Source of the DNA: a virus
Lineage: Duplodnaviria > Caudoviricetes
IMG/VR virus record: IMGVR_UViG_3300027785_000117
Span: 1-26,964 of that record
Reading direction: 5' to 3' (one strand)
Length of the DNA: 26,964 bases
Shown here: piece after piece, positions 17,310 to 26,964 of the stretch
Numbering within the stretch: the first letter of the stretch is position 1
How the letters are laid out: each line of letters begins with the position of its first letter
The notes under the pieces: generated by a model
What the model saw: only the letters and a program-made list of their open reading frames with translations
Database searches by the model: none
What the model was told of the DNA's origin: nothing
Made by a program: the position numbers and the translations under genes

Positions 17310-18599
17310 ATGCCAAGAAAAATAGAAAATACAACAAAAGCACATTTGGTAAGTGTGCCACTACCTAATCATGCTGCTACTTACACTGTAATTAGTCACC
17401 AATTTATTATTGATTATGCCTTTCAATCCCTTGCTACTGCAGGGTTTGGTATTGTAGATGAAGAGTACAGATGTACTGCTGATGGACAAATAGCTCAAGG
17501 AATATATAAATTAAATTTTAATTCTGATCCTGAGTTGTCAATGATGTTTGCATGGACAAACAGTTATAATAAACAAGTAAAGTTTAAATGTGTAGTAGGT
17601 GCATATATTAACAACACGGGATCAGTTATGATATCTGGAGAAGTTGGTAGCTGGGTTAGAAAACATACAGGTACTGCAGATACAGAAGTAAAATTAACTA
17701 TTGATAACTATATCACTAATGCAAATATGTATTATAATCAGTTATGTTCTGATAAAGCTGCTATGGAACTAGTTGCATTGAATAAAAGAAAACAATCTCA
17801 ATTACTTGGTGTATTGTTTGCTGAGTATGAAATACTTACTACAGAACAAGCTAGTATGATCAGAGATCAAATGAAGAGACCACAACAAGTATTTACTAAT
17901 ACTGATAGTTTGTGGGCATTCTATAATTATGTTACTAATGCATTACAGTCATCACATCCTAAGACTTGGATGGAAGATCAAAGAATCTTGCATTATTTCA
18001 TAGGAACAATTTGTGACTTCACTTTACCTGTGCAAAGTGTCACTGCACAGATACCTCTTATTCCAATTGTAGATCCTTTATATGTTGCAACACCAATTGT
18101 AACTGAGTCAGAGTTTGTTGATCCTAATCAAACTAATTTATTAGATCAGATTGCTGCAGCTGAAGCAGATCTAGAGGCAGATCTAATGGATGAAGATCTT
18201 AGATACAAACTTGCTGAATCAGCTGAAGAAATATTAGTCTCTTATACAGATCCTATGGGAAATACATTTGAAACTATTGACTTTCATAATGCAGTAACTG
18301 CAGATCCGGGAGATGATGATGATGATGATCTTGATATCTGGACAGAAGCTCCACTAAAAGAAGAAGAACCATTTGAAATTGATGAGAATCAAGAATGGAC
18401 AGGAGAGAATGCTTCACATATGAGTTTAGAAGTTGCTCCAGAGGATATAGAACAAGCAGAGTTAGATTTAACTAATAAAGAATTTGTCAAAGAAAAAATA
18501 ATATATGAAAAAGATGCTGTTAAAACAGCAAATTTTGATGATTTTATGCTTGGCAATGAAGAAACTAATGAGGATCAGGACTTACCTGATTTCTTTTAG
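17310..18599 (+). CDS. DUF932-like N-terminal domain fused to a long acidic low-complexity tail
   Basis: VPLP....TYTVISH, AWTNSYNK, SLWAFYNYVTNAL pattern; the C-terminal ~190 aa are D/E-rich and end DLPDFF. Confidence 0.65.
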   Translation: MPRKIENTTKAHLVSVPLPNHAATYTVISHQFIIDYAFQSLATAGFGIVDEEYRCTADGQIAQGIYKLNFNSDPELSMMFAWTNSYNKQVKFKCVVGAYINNTGSVMISGEVGSWVRKHTGTADTEVKLTIDNYITNANMYYNQLCSDKAAMELVALNKRKQSQLLGVLFAEYEILTTEQASMIRDQMKRPQQVFTNTDSLWAFYNYVTNALQSSHPKTWMEDQRILHYFIGTICDFTLPVQSVTAQIPLIPIVDPLYVATPIVTESEFVDPNQTNLLDQIAAAEADLEADLMDEDLRYKLAESAEEILVSYTDPMGNTFETIDFHNAVTADPGDDDDDDLDIWTEAPLKEEEPFEIDENQEWTGENASHMSLEVAPEDIEQAELDLTNKEFVKEKIIYEKDAVKTANFDDFMLGNEETNEDQDLPDFF

Positions 18600-18618
18600 T
18601 TGTGAATAATTTATCAAT

Positions 18619-18649
18619 AAAAGGGTGGCTTCGGCTGCCCTTTTTTTTT
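18619..18649 (+). terminator. intrinsic terminator (possibly bidirectional) between the convergent modules
   Basis: AAAAGGGTGGC-TTCG-GCTGCCCTTTTTTTTT: C(UUCG)G tetraloop, T9 tract on +, short A4 run on the other side. Confidence 0.9.
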
Positions 18650-18666
18650 CTTATCTAAATTAAATT

Positions 18667-21600
18667 TTAGTTACCTTTAGATTGCATTTTATACATATTT
18701 TCAGCATTTGTAACAGGATCTCCTGTAGAACCAGTAAAACCAACTGACTTGAAAATTTTAGCCCAAATTTTTAATGTATCTTTTTCTTTCCAAGAATATG
18801 GTCCAGTATCACGCTTATATCTATCCATTTCTTGAAATGTTGCAAAATCAATGACATCTTTAAAAATATCTATGTAAAGTATAATTGTATTATACCATGC
18901 ACTTGATGTTGTCGTAGCTATTCTGACATAGTCATCTGCACCAAAATTTATACCCATTATAGATGGTAATGGTGCAAAAGCTGAAGTTTCAGCTTGTACT
19001 CCCATCATTAACAATAACATATGATTTGATAAAAAACCATATGTATTAAATGAATCTTCACCTATAGCACCTGATTTTGCTCTTAATTTTTTCCATTTTT
19101 CATCATCATCAGGATCAAAACCAAACATCATTAATCCTAATAATGCTAATCCTATTGCAAAAAATGCTTCAGCAGAAAGTTTTCTAACTGAAGTCTTTTC
19201 TTCTGGTGTAAGATAATTATAATCTCTAAACTTTGATCTAAGTACTTTAACCATTGTTTGAAATGCTGTAATATAAAATCCTTTGCCATAAGAACCTGTT
19301 GCCCAATCATATCTTTCACCACCTCTTGACCAACCAATAGTTTTAGAATCAAATCCAAATCTATTCATTAACATAGGAGTAAACCATTTTCTCATGAAGA
19401 AGAACATTTTATATAGAAGTAATTTATTACCTTCTGGTTGACCCATTTCATCATAAGCTCCAAACAATTTACGGGACGTACCTTGTATTCTGTTTTTCAA
19501 TCCCATAAATAATTCTGACTTAGATATAACAAGTTCTTGACCATCTTCAAGTTGTACTTCAGATTTAATTCTATTTTTAGCTTTTAATTCTTCAACAGGA
19601 ATATAATATTTTTTAGCAATTTCTTCTAAAGATTCACCAACAGTATATTCATGATATACTGGTAGATTACTCCATCCTGGATGTATACCTGGTTTTAATC
19701 TAATAATTCCATCATCATCTTTTTCCCAAGCTTCAATATATCGTAATGACTTCTTACTACCATCTTTCATAACTTGGTCTACTTTTTGACCATACATAAA
19801 AGATCCAAATAAAGACATTGCAACCTGCATCTCACCAAACTTTCTGTGCATATACAGCCACTCAAAATTTACAAGATCTTTTACCATAGACCTTTCAATT
19901 TCTCTTCCAAATTCATCTTTAGATTTAAAAGTTGGATCAAAAATTTGCACAAGTTGTGTTGATATTGCACCAGGTCCCGTTTGATAAATACCTTTTGTAG
20001 TCCATTCCAGCATAGCTCTTTCTGCCCAAGGTCTTGCTAATGCAATATCTCTAAGATTAATAAACTCAGCACCTGAACCCTCTATGATTAGTTGTACATA
20101 AGCACCATATTTATTTTTTAAATCTGAAGCTATATTGACAGCCAAAGAACCCCTTGCAGATAAACCTTGTAAACCTTGAATCCATTTTCCAATTCTAGGA
20201 TTAGTTTCTTCAATACCTTCAACCATTTTACCATGGTATTCCCTTTCAATAAGAGACTTAACTTGCCCAAGTCTATTGTTACCAGCAAACTTTTTCTTTG
20301 CCATTGTTAAACTACCCTTTAGATTATAAATCTTTTTGTCAAATTTTTCTAAATCTTTGGGAGCATTTGCAGGATCTTCTAATGTACTTAGTATAGAGTT
20401 AACAAGTGGAAGACTTTCAATTAACTTACCTTGTGTCTGTATAGAAAGAGCATACTTAAATAAACCAAAGAAAATATCGGCATCTTGATTAACTATATCT
20501 ACATTATATATTCCTGACACAGGAACATAACTTATTTGATTACCATCTAAATCTGTATTAACTAAATTATTTTTTTCATCATAATTCAATTCATTTTCAA
20601 CATCTACAACTGATCTACCTACCATTTGTTTAGTCCATTCTTTAATATTACTTCCTAATTCAGAAAATCTTGAACCATAAGTACCTTTTTGAAAAGCTTG
20701 ATAAACATCTCCTTTTTTAAGTGAATATCTTGGCATATCAAGATAGAGTTTACTATAGTTACTCATACCTTTTTGATTCTCTAGATGATATTCTTTGATA
20801 GCTTCAAGTAATTCAAACTCTGCATTGTTTGCAGCTTTTAATTGAAAATATTTTTCATTCATAAAAGTACCATCCTTGGCACTATATTTTTGTCCAGGTT
20901 GAAATAATCGTGGTAAAAATTGATTTTTATTATCAATAAATTCACCTACATAATCTTCTTTAACACCACCAAATGGAATAGTTCTATATTTATCTTTTAC
21001 TTCATATCTAGAATGTTTTGAATTAGGGGAACCCATTAAAATAATTTCTTTACCTTCTCTATCAAAAATTTTAGTAAACTTAATATAACTTTCATTTTTA
21101 GGAATGGCTACTTTATTAGCACGAGTTCTTCTATATTCAGTATCATATCTTTTAGTTTTTTTATTAAAAACCTCAACAGTGTAGTGATTTAACTCAAACC
21201 ATTCTTTAAATCCTTCATCAGCATTTAATATATCCTGAAATTCATCTGAATTAATAAACTCGTCAAGTTTTTCTACATCAACTTCTTTAATGTTTTGCTT
21301 AGATAGATTATAATTTAATGCTTCTATATAATGCATTGTAGGTAAACTTTGTGTTAGTTCAGATAACTCACCAAAAATTTCTTGTATTCTTGCTGCATCT
21401 TGAGGATCAATTCCTTCTTTTTCTTGCCTTGAAAGTAATTCAAAATATCTTTTGGATTCAGGACTACCAACTACTAATAAACCTTTACTTGCCTTGTACT
21501 GTAAATCACGTAATGCATCAGACTCTTCTTTAGTAAGTCCTGTAGATAAATCATATTGAAATTTAAAGTCTGCTATAGCTTGCTCAGTATCTCTAATTTT

Positions 21601-24600
21601 TTCAAGTCTTGTTTTACCCATAGCAGAACTATCAGGTTCACCTTGTTCATCTCGATAACTATATATTAAATCATTTATGGTTTGGAATGCAGCAGAAGCA
21701 TCAAATTTAGATTTCATTACAGAATTCATTTTTTCTTGAAGTTCTTTAAGTTCTTCAATTAATCTAGATCTTGAATCCCAATATGATTGATCAAAATCCA
21801 TTCTAAGATTTTGTCGTCTCCATTTTTCTATTTCTCTAATAAAATCACCTGACCCAGGAAAAATTTTCTTAGTTGCAAGTAAATCTACAAATTCATTATA
21901 AGCACTTTGTAACATTCCGTCAAGCGGTCTCCACTCATAAAAATCTTTTGTAGCAGCTCTATGTTCTAACAAAACTTGAGCAATACTTAAATCATAAACA
22001 TTTCTTGATGGATCATCTACTTTAGCAGTACCATCTTCATAAGTAAGTGAATATAATTGTTGAAACTCTCTAAATGCTGCCTGGATAGTTGAATATTTTT
22101 CAAATCTTTCAAGTTCATTTTCCATTGAGTTAACCAAATTATTAAATGCTTGAAGCTTTTGCTTTCTTACATAATATGCTAATTGACCAACTTCAGACTT
22201 TTTAAAAATTTCATCTTTTTCATAATACTCAGGAACAAATTCCTGCCACATATAATCATTTTTAAAAGTATCAAACTCCATTTGAGCTTGAGCTATTTTA
22301 GGAATATCTTCTCCTTTCTTTGCTTCTTCTAAATTATACTCTAATAAATCATAGTTATATCTGTAATCCTTAAATTTTCCAAGATAACCGTATACTTCTT
22401 TCTTAACAGGTTTACCAGTTTCCTTATCTATAAAAAACACTGTGTCTTTAAATCCCATTTTTTCTCTCATTGCAATAGAATTTAATTTACTAAATCCTAC
22501 TTTAGGCAATAATTTTTCAAGTTTAGTTCTGAATTTCATAGACTTATCCCAAACTTCATTTTGAATTTGAGTTTTTTCATTCTGAATAAACATAGCTAAT
22601 GGACCTACTATAACATCATTACTAGAACTATAAGATTCTAACCATCTATTAAACCAACTAACATCATGGGCACCTCCAGTAAGAGCAGCTCTAATCTTAT
22701 CTTCATCAACAACTAGATCTTTATATTCTTGAAGAAAACCTTTTAATATTGTATCAGGAACACCTTTTGCAATAAGTGCAGCTATATCATCTTCAGTAAG
22801 AGTTTGTTGAACCACCTTATTATATAATGCATCTACCTCACGTTCAAGATCTGCAGGATTTGGAAAAGCTTGTTTTAATGCTATGCCTAAATTACCTTTA
22901 AGTCTATTTTGAATATATTCAGACATGTATCCTGTAATCTCCACATAGAACTGAACATTGTTATTTTTTAAGATATTGGCTATGTTTGTGTGAATTCTAG
23001 TTATATTTAATACAATCTCATTCAATGTTTTATAAAATGGGTTGTTACTATCCACAAGTCCACCTTCTACAGATAAAACTTCATCTATATCTTGAATCAT
23101 TTGTAACCATGCCTTTGCATTAGATTTGTAAAGAACTAATAATGCAATGGCACTTCGGTTATTAATATTAGTTGCTCCAAGTCTAGAGATATCTAATAAC
23201 ATATTCTTAGTCATGCTATTAACATTATCCAAACTATTAACTAAAGAAGTAGCTCTTTGCAAGTCTACATCTAATTCTTCTCTAGCTGTATCAATTGCAT
23301 TTTGTATTAATTCATTATTAGAATAGTTTTCTGCTTTATTATCTAAATTTTCTTTTAAAGTTCTTAATACTTCAGGTAAAAATCTATTAGTTCCTTTTTG
23401 GAAAAGTGATTCATTTAATAATTTTCTTATATTTTTATCTTGTTTTAATCTATTAAAATTTTCAATCTCATTTAAAATTCTTTTAGTAGCATCATATCCT
23501 ATTTTAAAAATCTTTTCCATAGCTTCTTTATCAGAAAAACTATTAAGTTCATTTGCTCTTTCTAATACTTCTCTGGAAAACATTGCAAGATCTTCTTCAG
23601 TGACTTGGTCATTCATAAATTCAAAGTCCTTATCTAGAAGCATATCAGCCATTTCTTCTAATGAAGTGTCAACATCTAACTTGGCCACATTAACTTTATT
23701 ACCAAATATATTTCTAAAGAACTGTTTTAATGCAGCAAAAAGTTTGTTCATAAAACTTTGAAACCCTTGAGTTTCAATTTCATTATTGATTCTATTAAGT
23801 GCTCTTAATTGCATAGCATATGCAAGTACTTCTTCCTTAAATAGTTCTGAACCTACTTCAAGTTCTGGATAATTAGTCTGTACGTAGTAATATATACCTC
23901 TACCTTCTTCAGTAGCAATTGCTTGGTTATAAAGATTCTGAAATAGAATGTTATTGGTCTGTCTTAGTGCGTTCAATACCGGGTGTGAGAATTCGTGTAG
24001 TACAGTTCTTACATTAACATTATCTCCTACAACATAAACTGTTCCCGCATAGTAAAATGCAGGTTCTCCTTTATATTTAACTTGTCTGTTCTTTAAAATG
24101 TCTGCAGCCTCTTCAGCTGATACGTTTCTAAACTCTGTTTTGGTAGCAAGTGATAATCTTTGAGCAAGTACCTCAGCAATTTCTTTTGATCTTTGATTTT
24201 GTAAAGTATCAAGCTTTACATCCATAAATAAAACACCATTTATATCTTGTATTGAAGTATCTATATTGTTTGAATTTCTTAAAAACATTATTTTATCAAG
24301 ATCTTTATTAGGTTCAATAGTTAATTCATTCCAAGTATTCCCATACTCATCTGTAACTTGTTTTACACGTTCTTTACCAAATTGTTTTTTAAGAATATTA
24401 GTTACAGTATTTTCGTAGAAATTATAAATAGGTTTTAATTTAGCAAATCCACCTTCTTCTAAATCTTTTAATTGTTGTTTATAAACATTTAATCTATCTT
24501 CAAGTTCTTTAATTCCATCTTTTTTAGAAGATTCATAAACTTCTTTACTATAAGAAGGATTTAAATCTTCATATTTTTGATTTGTTAATTCTGTTATCTT

Positions 24601-26142
24601 ATCTTCATTACCTTTTATACTATTAAATAAATTTTGTTTTCTTGTTTCTAATGTTTGATGTCCTTCTACCTTACTAGCTGTATCACCAGTAGGAAATAAT
24701 ACTTTTTCATAACCTTTTTTAGCACTATCTTGCATTATAGATTTAAGAAAGAATATTACCCAATTATTGTCTTTGTTTAAGAGTTGAAGAAAAGAATTTT
24801 CTTTACTATCTTTTTCTTGGTAAGCTATTTGAGCTTTAGAATATTCTTCAGGAGTTATTTCTTCACCATTTTTAGTAAACCAACTACCTCTTTTAACAGT
24901 TACAAAAGCATCATAATTATCACCATTATAACTAAAAATAGCCCCACCTTTTATTGGAGTTACTAAATCCTTTCTATCTCTACCTTTCTGAAATAAATCA
25001 GATTGTACTTCTAGTATTCTACGAGTTTTAAAAGCAGAACTTAAAATATTTAATGTTTTATTTAATCTATCTTCTTTAAAAGCTTTTGCTTCACTTTCTG
25101 TTTTAAAAGGTCCTTGTAATCCAATGTACCAATTTCCATTTTTACCTTGACGAATAGGAGTTGTCTGAAATCTATTTAAATCTTTTTCAAGTTCCTCTAT
25201 ATCTTTAGCATTAGTCTTATAATCTTGGATACTTTTATCATCACTTCTAAACCAACCAATACCATTTTCTGTAGCAAATTGAGCATGTCCTTTAATACTA
25301 GGTGTAATAGCAGGAGTAGCTATTTCATTCTCTGTATAATTAGTACCTCCTGGAACTGTTAGGTTGGAGTAGTACCGTGTAGGTCTTTCTTCTACTTTTT
25401 TACCAGAAGCCTGTACAGCTTTATTATATTCTTCTTGTGTAATATCTATTTTTTTATTTAAGTCATTTAATGCTGCTTTAGAATATGTAGGAAACTCTTC
25501 ATAAGTATCTATCCTATATTCATAATCCCCTACTGTAAAAGCACTTTCATAATTATTATAATCTATATCACTATCTAGTTTCTTAGTATTAGCAGTATTA
25601 ATCTCAATAGTATAACTATAAGCAGAAGCAATAGCTACAGCTATTTCATCTTTAGTCATTCCTGGTTTAGCAACTTCTTTAAATAATTCTATTTGCTGTG
25701 AGGATACTCCTTGTTTTTGAAGGTCATTTAACCAACCTTGAAGCTTAGATGTTTCAAATTTATTTCTATTAATTTTATCTAAAGCATTTATAATTTTTAA
25801 TGAAAAATCAACTACAGGAGTTTTCATAAACATGGGTTTATCCTGATAAGCATCATACAGTTCTTGAAACTTATCAAAAAGTGGTAGATTAGGTTCAGCT
25901 CTTAGTATTCTGACCTTAGCATCTCTGTAGTAAGTTGACTTATAAGGATCAATACTCTCTGACATATTAGCATTAAATAATTTACTACCATCAGTTTTAA
26001 GACCATATTTCTTTTCAGCTAATTTTGTTAACTTGTTGTTTAAATCGTTAAATTTATCTTCATCAATAATTCTACTGACATCATCAGTAGCTCCTTTATC
26101 TTTTAAATAATTTATTGAGTTTACTTTTACTTGGCATATCAT
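18667..26142 (-). CDS. giant multidomain putative virion cargo/ejection protein (GNAT-like module, zincin HExxH, helical region, LysM, hydrophobic helices)
   Basis: Uninterrupted 2491-aa ORF; HEFSH at 23983-23997 with downstream EEVLA; LysM at 19525-19659; hydrophobic AEAFFAIGLALLGLMMFGF at about 19117-19173. Confidence 0.85.
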   Translation of the reverse strand: MICQVKVNSINYLKDKGATDDVSRIIDEDKFNDLNNKLTKLAEKKYGLKTDGSKLFNANMSESIDPYKSTYYRDAKVRILRAEPNLPLFDKFQELYDAYQDKPMFMKTPVVDFSLKIINALDKINRNKFETSKLQGWLNDLQKQGVSSQQIELFKEVAKPGMTKDEIAVAIASAYSYTIEINTANTKKLDSDIDYNNYESAFTVGDYEYRIDTYEEFPTYSKAALNDLNKKIDITQEEYNKAVQASGKKVEERPTRYYSNLTVPGGTNYTENEIATPAITPSIKGHAQFATENGIGWFRSDDKSIQDYKTNAKDIEELEKDLNRFQTTPIRQGKNGNWYIGLQGPFKTESEAKAFKEDRLNKTLNILSSAFKTRRILEVQSDLFQKGRDRKDLVTPIKGGAIFSYNGDNYDAFVTVKRGSWFTKNGEEITPEEYSKAQIAYQEKDSKENSFLQLLNKDNNWVIFFLKSIMQDSAKKGYEKVLFPTGDTASKVEGHQTLETRKQNLFNSIKGNEDKITELTNQKYEDLNPSYSKEVYESSKKDGIKELEDRLNVYKQQLKDLEEGGFAKLKPIYNFYENTVTNILKKQFGKERVKQVTDEYGNTWNELTIEPNKDLDKIMFLRNSNNIDTSIQDINGVLFMDVKLDTLQNQRSKEIAEVLAQRLSLATKTEFRNVSAEEAADILKNRQVKYKGEPAFYYAGTVYVVGDNVNVRTVLHEFSHPVLNALRQTNNILFQNLYNQAIATEEGRGIYYYVQTNYPELEVGSELFKEEVLAYAMQLRALNRINNEIETQGFQSFMNKLFAALKQFFRNIFGNKVNVAKLDVDTSLEEMADMLLDKDFEFMNDQVTEEDLAMFSREVLERANELNSFSDKEAMEKIFKIGYDATKRILNEIENFNRLKQDKNIRKLLNESLFQKGTNRFLPEVLRTLKENLDNKAENYSNNELIQNAIDTAREELDVDLQRATSLVNSLDNVNSMTKNMLLDISRLGATNINNRSAIALLVLYKSNAKAWLQMIQDIDEVLSVEGGLVDSNNPFYKTLNEIVLNITRIHTNIANILKNNNVQFYVEITGYMSEYIQNRLKGNLGIALKQAFPNPADLEREVDALYNKVVQQTLTEDDIAALIAKGVPDTILKGFLQEYKDLVVDEDKIRAALTGGAHDVSWFNRWLESYSSSNDVIVGPLAMFIQNEKTQIQNEVWDKSMKFRTKLEKLLPKVGFSKLNSIAMREKMGFKDTVFFIDKETGKPVKKEVYGYLGKFKDYRYNYDLLEYNLEEAKKGEDIPKIAQAQMEFDTFKNDYMWQEFVPEYYEKDEIFKKSEVGQLAYYVRKQKLQAFNNLVNSMENELERFEKYSTIQAAFREFQQLYSLTYEDGTAKVDDPSRNVYDLSIAQVLLEHRAATKDFYEWRPLDGMLQSAYNEFVDLLATKKIFPGSGDFIREIEKWRRQNLRMDFDQSYWDSRSRLIEELKELQEKMNSVMKSKFDASAAFQTINDLIYSYRDEQGEPDSSAMGKTRLEKIRDTEQAIADFKFQYDLSTGLTKEESDALRDLQYKASKGLLVVGSPESKRYFELLSRQEKEGIDPQDAARIQEIFGELSELTQSLPTMHYIEALNYNLSKQNIKEVDVEKLDEFINSDEFQDILNADEGFKEWFELNHYTVEVFNKKTKRYDTEYRRTRANKVAIPKNESYIKFTKIFDREGKEIILMGSPNSKHSRYEVKDKYRTIPFGGVKEDYVGEFIDNKNQFLPRLFQPGQKYSAKDGTFMNEKYFQLKAANNAEFELLEAIKEYHLENQKGMSNYSKLYLDMPRYSLKKGDVYQAFQKGTYGSRFSELGSNIKEWTKQMVGRSVVDVENELNYDEKNNLVNTDLDGNQISYVPVSGIYNVDIVNQDADIFFGLFKYALSIQTQGKLIESLPLVNSILSTLEDPANAPKDLEKFDKKIYNLKGSLTMAKKKFAGNNRLGQVKSLIEREYHGKMVEGIEETNPRIGKWIQGLQGLSARGSLAVNIASDLKNKYGAYVQLIIEGSGAEFINLRDIALARPWAERAMLEWTTKGIYQTGPGAISTQLVQIFDPTFKSKDEFGREIERSMVKDLVNFEWLYMHRKFGEMQVAMSLFGSFMYGQKVDQVMKDGSKKSLRYIEAWEKDDDGIIRLKPGIHPGWSNLPVYHEYTVGESLEEIAKKYYIPVEELKAKNRIKSEVQLEDGQELVISKSELFMGLKNRIQGTSRKLFGAYDEMGQPEGNKLLLYKMFFFMRKWFTPMLMNRFGFDSKTIGWSRGGERYDWATGSYGKGFYITAFQTMVKVLRSKFRDYNYLTPEEKTSVRKLSAEAFFAIGLALLGLMMFGFDPDDDEKWKKLRAKSGAIGEDSFNTYGFLSNHMLLLMMGVQAETSAFAPLPSIMGINFGADDYVRIATTTSSAWYNTIILYIDIFKDVIDFATFQEMDRYKRDTGPYSWKEKDTLKIWAKIFKSVGFTGSTGDPVTNAENMYKMQSKGN

Positions 26143-26143
26143 A

Positions 26144-26964
26144 TTATGAACATTTAAATGGGTCTTCTTCTAATTCTAATTGTATTAATATTTCTTCATC
26201 ACTAATTCCTTGAGTTATTCCAACCATTTCTTTAATTTCATTATACATAGTTGAACCAGGATTTAAGTACTGAAACTCTTCAAAAAGTCTTTTACTCAAA
26301 TATACAAATAATTCTTGAGGCATAGTTTTAGGATTACCAAAACCATACTCAGGAAATGCAATTTTACCACCTTTTTCTTTAATTTCTTTAATTAAATTAA
26401 TTCTTTTTTCCCATATGTTCTTAAGAGTATTATATTCGTTCGGACTAACCTCTACTTTTTGACCATTTTTCATACTCATAAATAAATCTGTAGGAAAATT
26501 TACTGACATATCGGGGATCTCTGTCATAAAATTAGATGCTCCACCTAAATTAATACCTTTATCTTTTTGATTAGGCATTATTTCATATAAACTTACATTA
26601 TGTAAAAATACTACATTAGGGTTATTCTTTCCTAAATTTAAATAATAATATGTATTTTTTGCACCAGCATCATTGTAAGTAAACACTCCCTCTATATCTG
26701 TAGTTTTTAGACCTAATCTTCTTGGTTCAGATACTGTATCTATATTAGTAGAATCACTTTCAATACTAGTAGATAGTTGAGTAGTAGCTCTAACTTTCTT
26801 TACAGTAGGATTTTCTACAGGTAAAATTCTTTCTGGATTTTCATAATCCATTTCAGAAATATAATCTTTAAATCTTGTTTTAAAATTATTATCAGTAGAA
26901 TTTTGTCTGATAAACTGATCATAAAAGTTATCTAAAACAACCATTCCTTTTTTATTTAAAGCAT
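26144..26964 (-). CDS. 3' part of a gene running off the window edge (probably another large virion protein)
   Basis: The frame stays open upstream of ATG 26944 to the window end (..ALNKKG-MVVLD), so the listed start is probably internal. Ends DPFKCS*, 1 nt before the giant gene's ATG. Confidence 0.75.
   Translation of the reverse strand, partial: ALNKKGMVVLDNFYDQFIRQNSTDNNFKTRFKDYISEMDYENPERILPVENPTVKKVRATTQLSTSIESDSTNIDTVSEPRRLGLKTTDIEGVFTYNDAGAKNTYYYLNLGKNNPNVVFLHNVSLYEIMPNQKDKGINLGGASNFMTEIPDMSVNFPTDLFMSMKNGQKVEVSPNEYNTLKNIWEKRINLIKEIKEKGGKIAFPEYGFGNPKTMPQELFVYLSKRLFEEFQYLNPGSTMYNEIKEMVGITQGISDEEILIQLELEEDPFKCS

Noticed and set aside
18312-18329. (GAT)6 microsatellite
   Set aside because: It simply encodes a poly-Asp run in an acidic tail.
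3448-24966. Short ORFs in the track nested in or antisense to real genes (3448-3711, 4884-5096, 8497-8727, 10230-10451, 13034-13234, 13595-13777, 14776-14961, 14783-14965, 16072-16320, 19152-19358, 21351-21533, 24784-24966)
   Set aside because: They overlap well-supported genes and have the F/S/L/I-biased composition typical of shadow frames, with no motifs.
18667-26142. Giant protein as a virion RNA polymerase
   Set aside because: No DFDxD catalytic motif in a double-psi-barrel context. DSDID and DPDDD occur only in apparent linker or acidic segments.
1-26964. Stop-codon reassignment (TAG/TGA), known in some crAss-like phages
   Set aside because: All genes, including the 7.5-kb ORF, are intact in the standard code, and TAG (9658, 15315, 18599) and TGA (7585) act as stops at sensible boundaries.
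1-26964. tRNA, rRNA, integrase or transposase
   Set aside because: Intergenic gaps are under 100 nt with no cloverleaf seen, and no recombinase or transposase motifs were recognised.

Overview
AT-rich, densely coding DNA from a large tailed phage, most consistent with a crAss-like or related Bacteroidota/Flavobacteriaceae phage. Support: PolB, DnaB, Zn-less primase, Sak4/SSB, UDG, a MoxR-vWA pair, giant minus-strand proteins, no obvious Shine-Dalgarno sites, and one full TTTG-N20-TAnnTTTG promoter. 1-2150 is a short block of alternating-orientation genes including a metallophosphoesterase. 2153-18599 is a + strand replication/recombination module interrupted (about 8019-13355) by an accessory block (DUF6878-like, DUF6915-like, small ORFs, metallopeptidase-vWA, MoxR-type AAA, BRCT-like protein). 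It converges at a UUCG terminator with a minus-strand module: a 2491-aa multidomain putative ejection/cargo protein and the 3' end of another gene. Most notable: three consecutive unrelated genes end in the same 17-19 bp stop/start repeat (all encoding KIED*), like a cassette array; a shared SSD motif in the two genes flanking the vWA-MoxR pair; a beta-clamp motif at the PolB C-terminus; and zincin, GNAT-like, LysM and TM modules in the giant protein. All family assignments are by eye from motifs; no searches were run.
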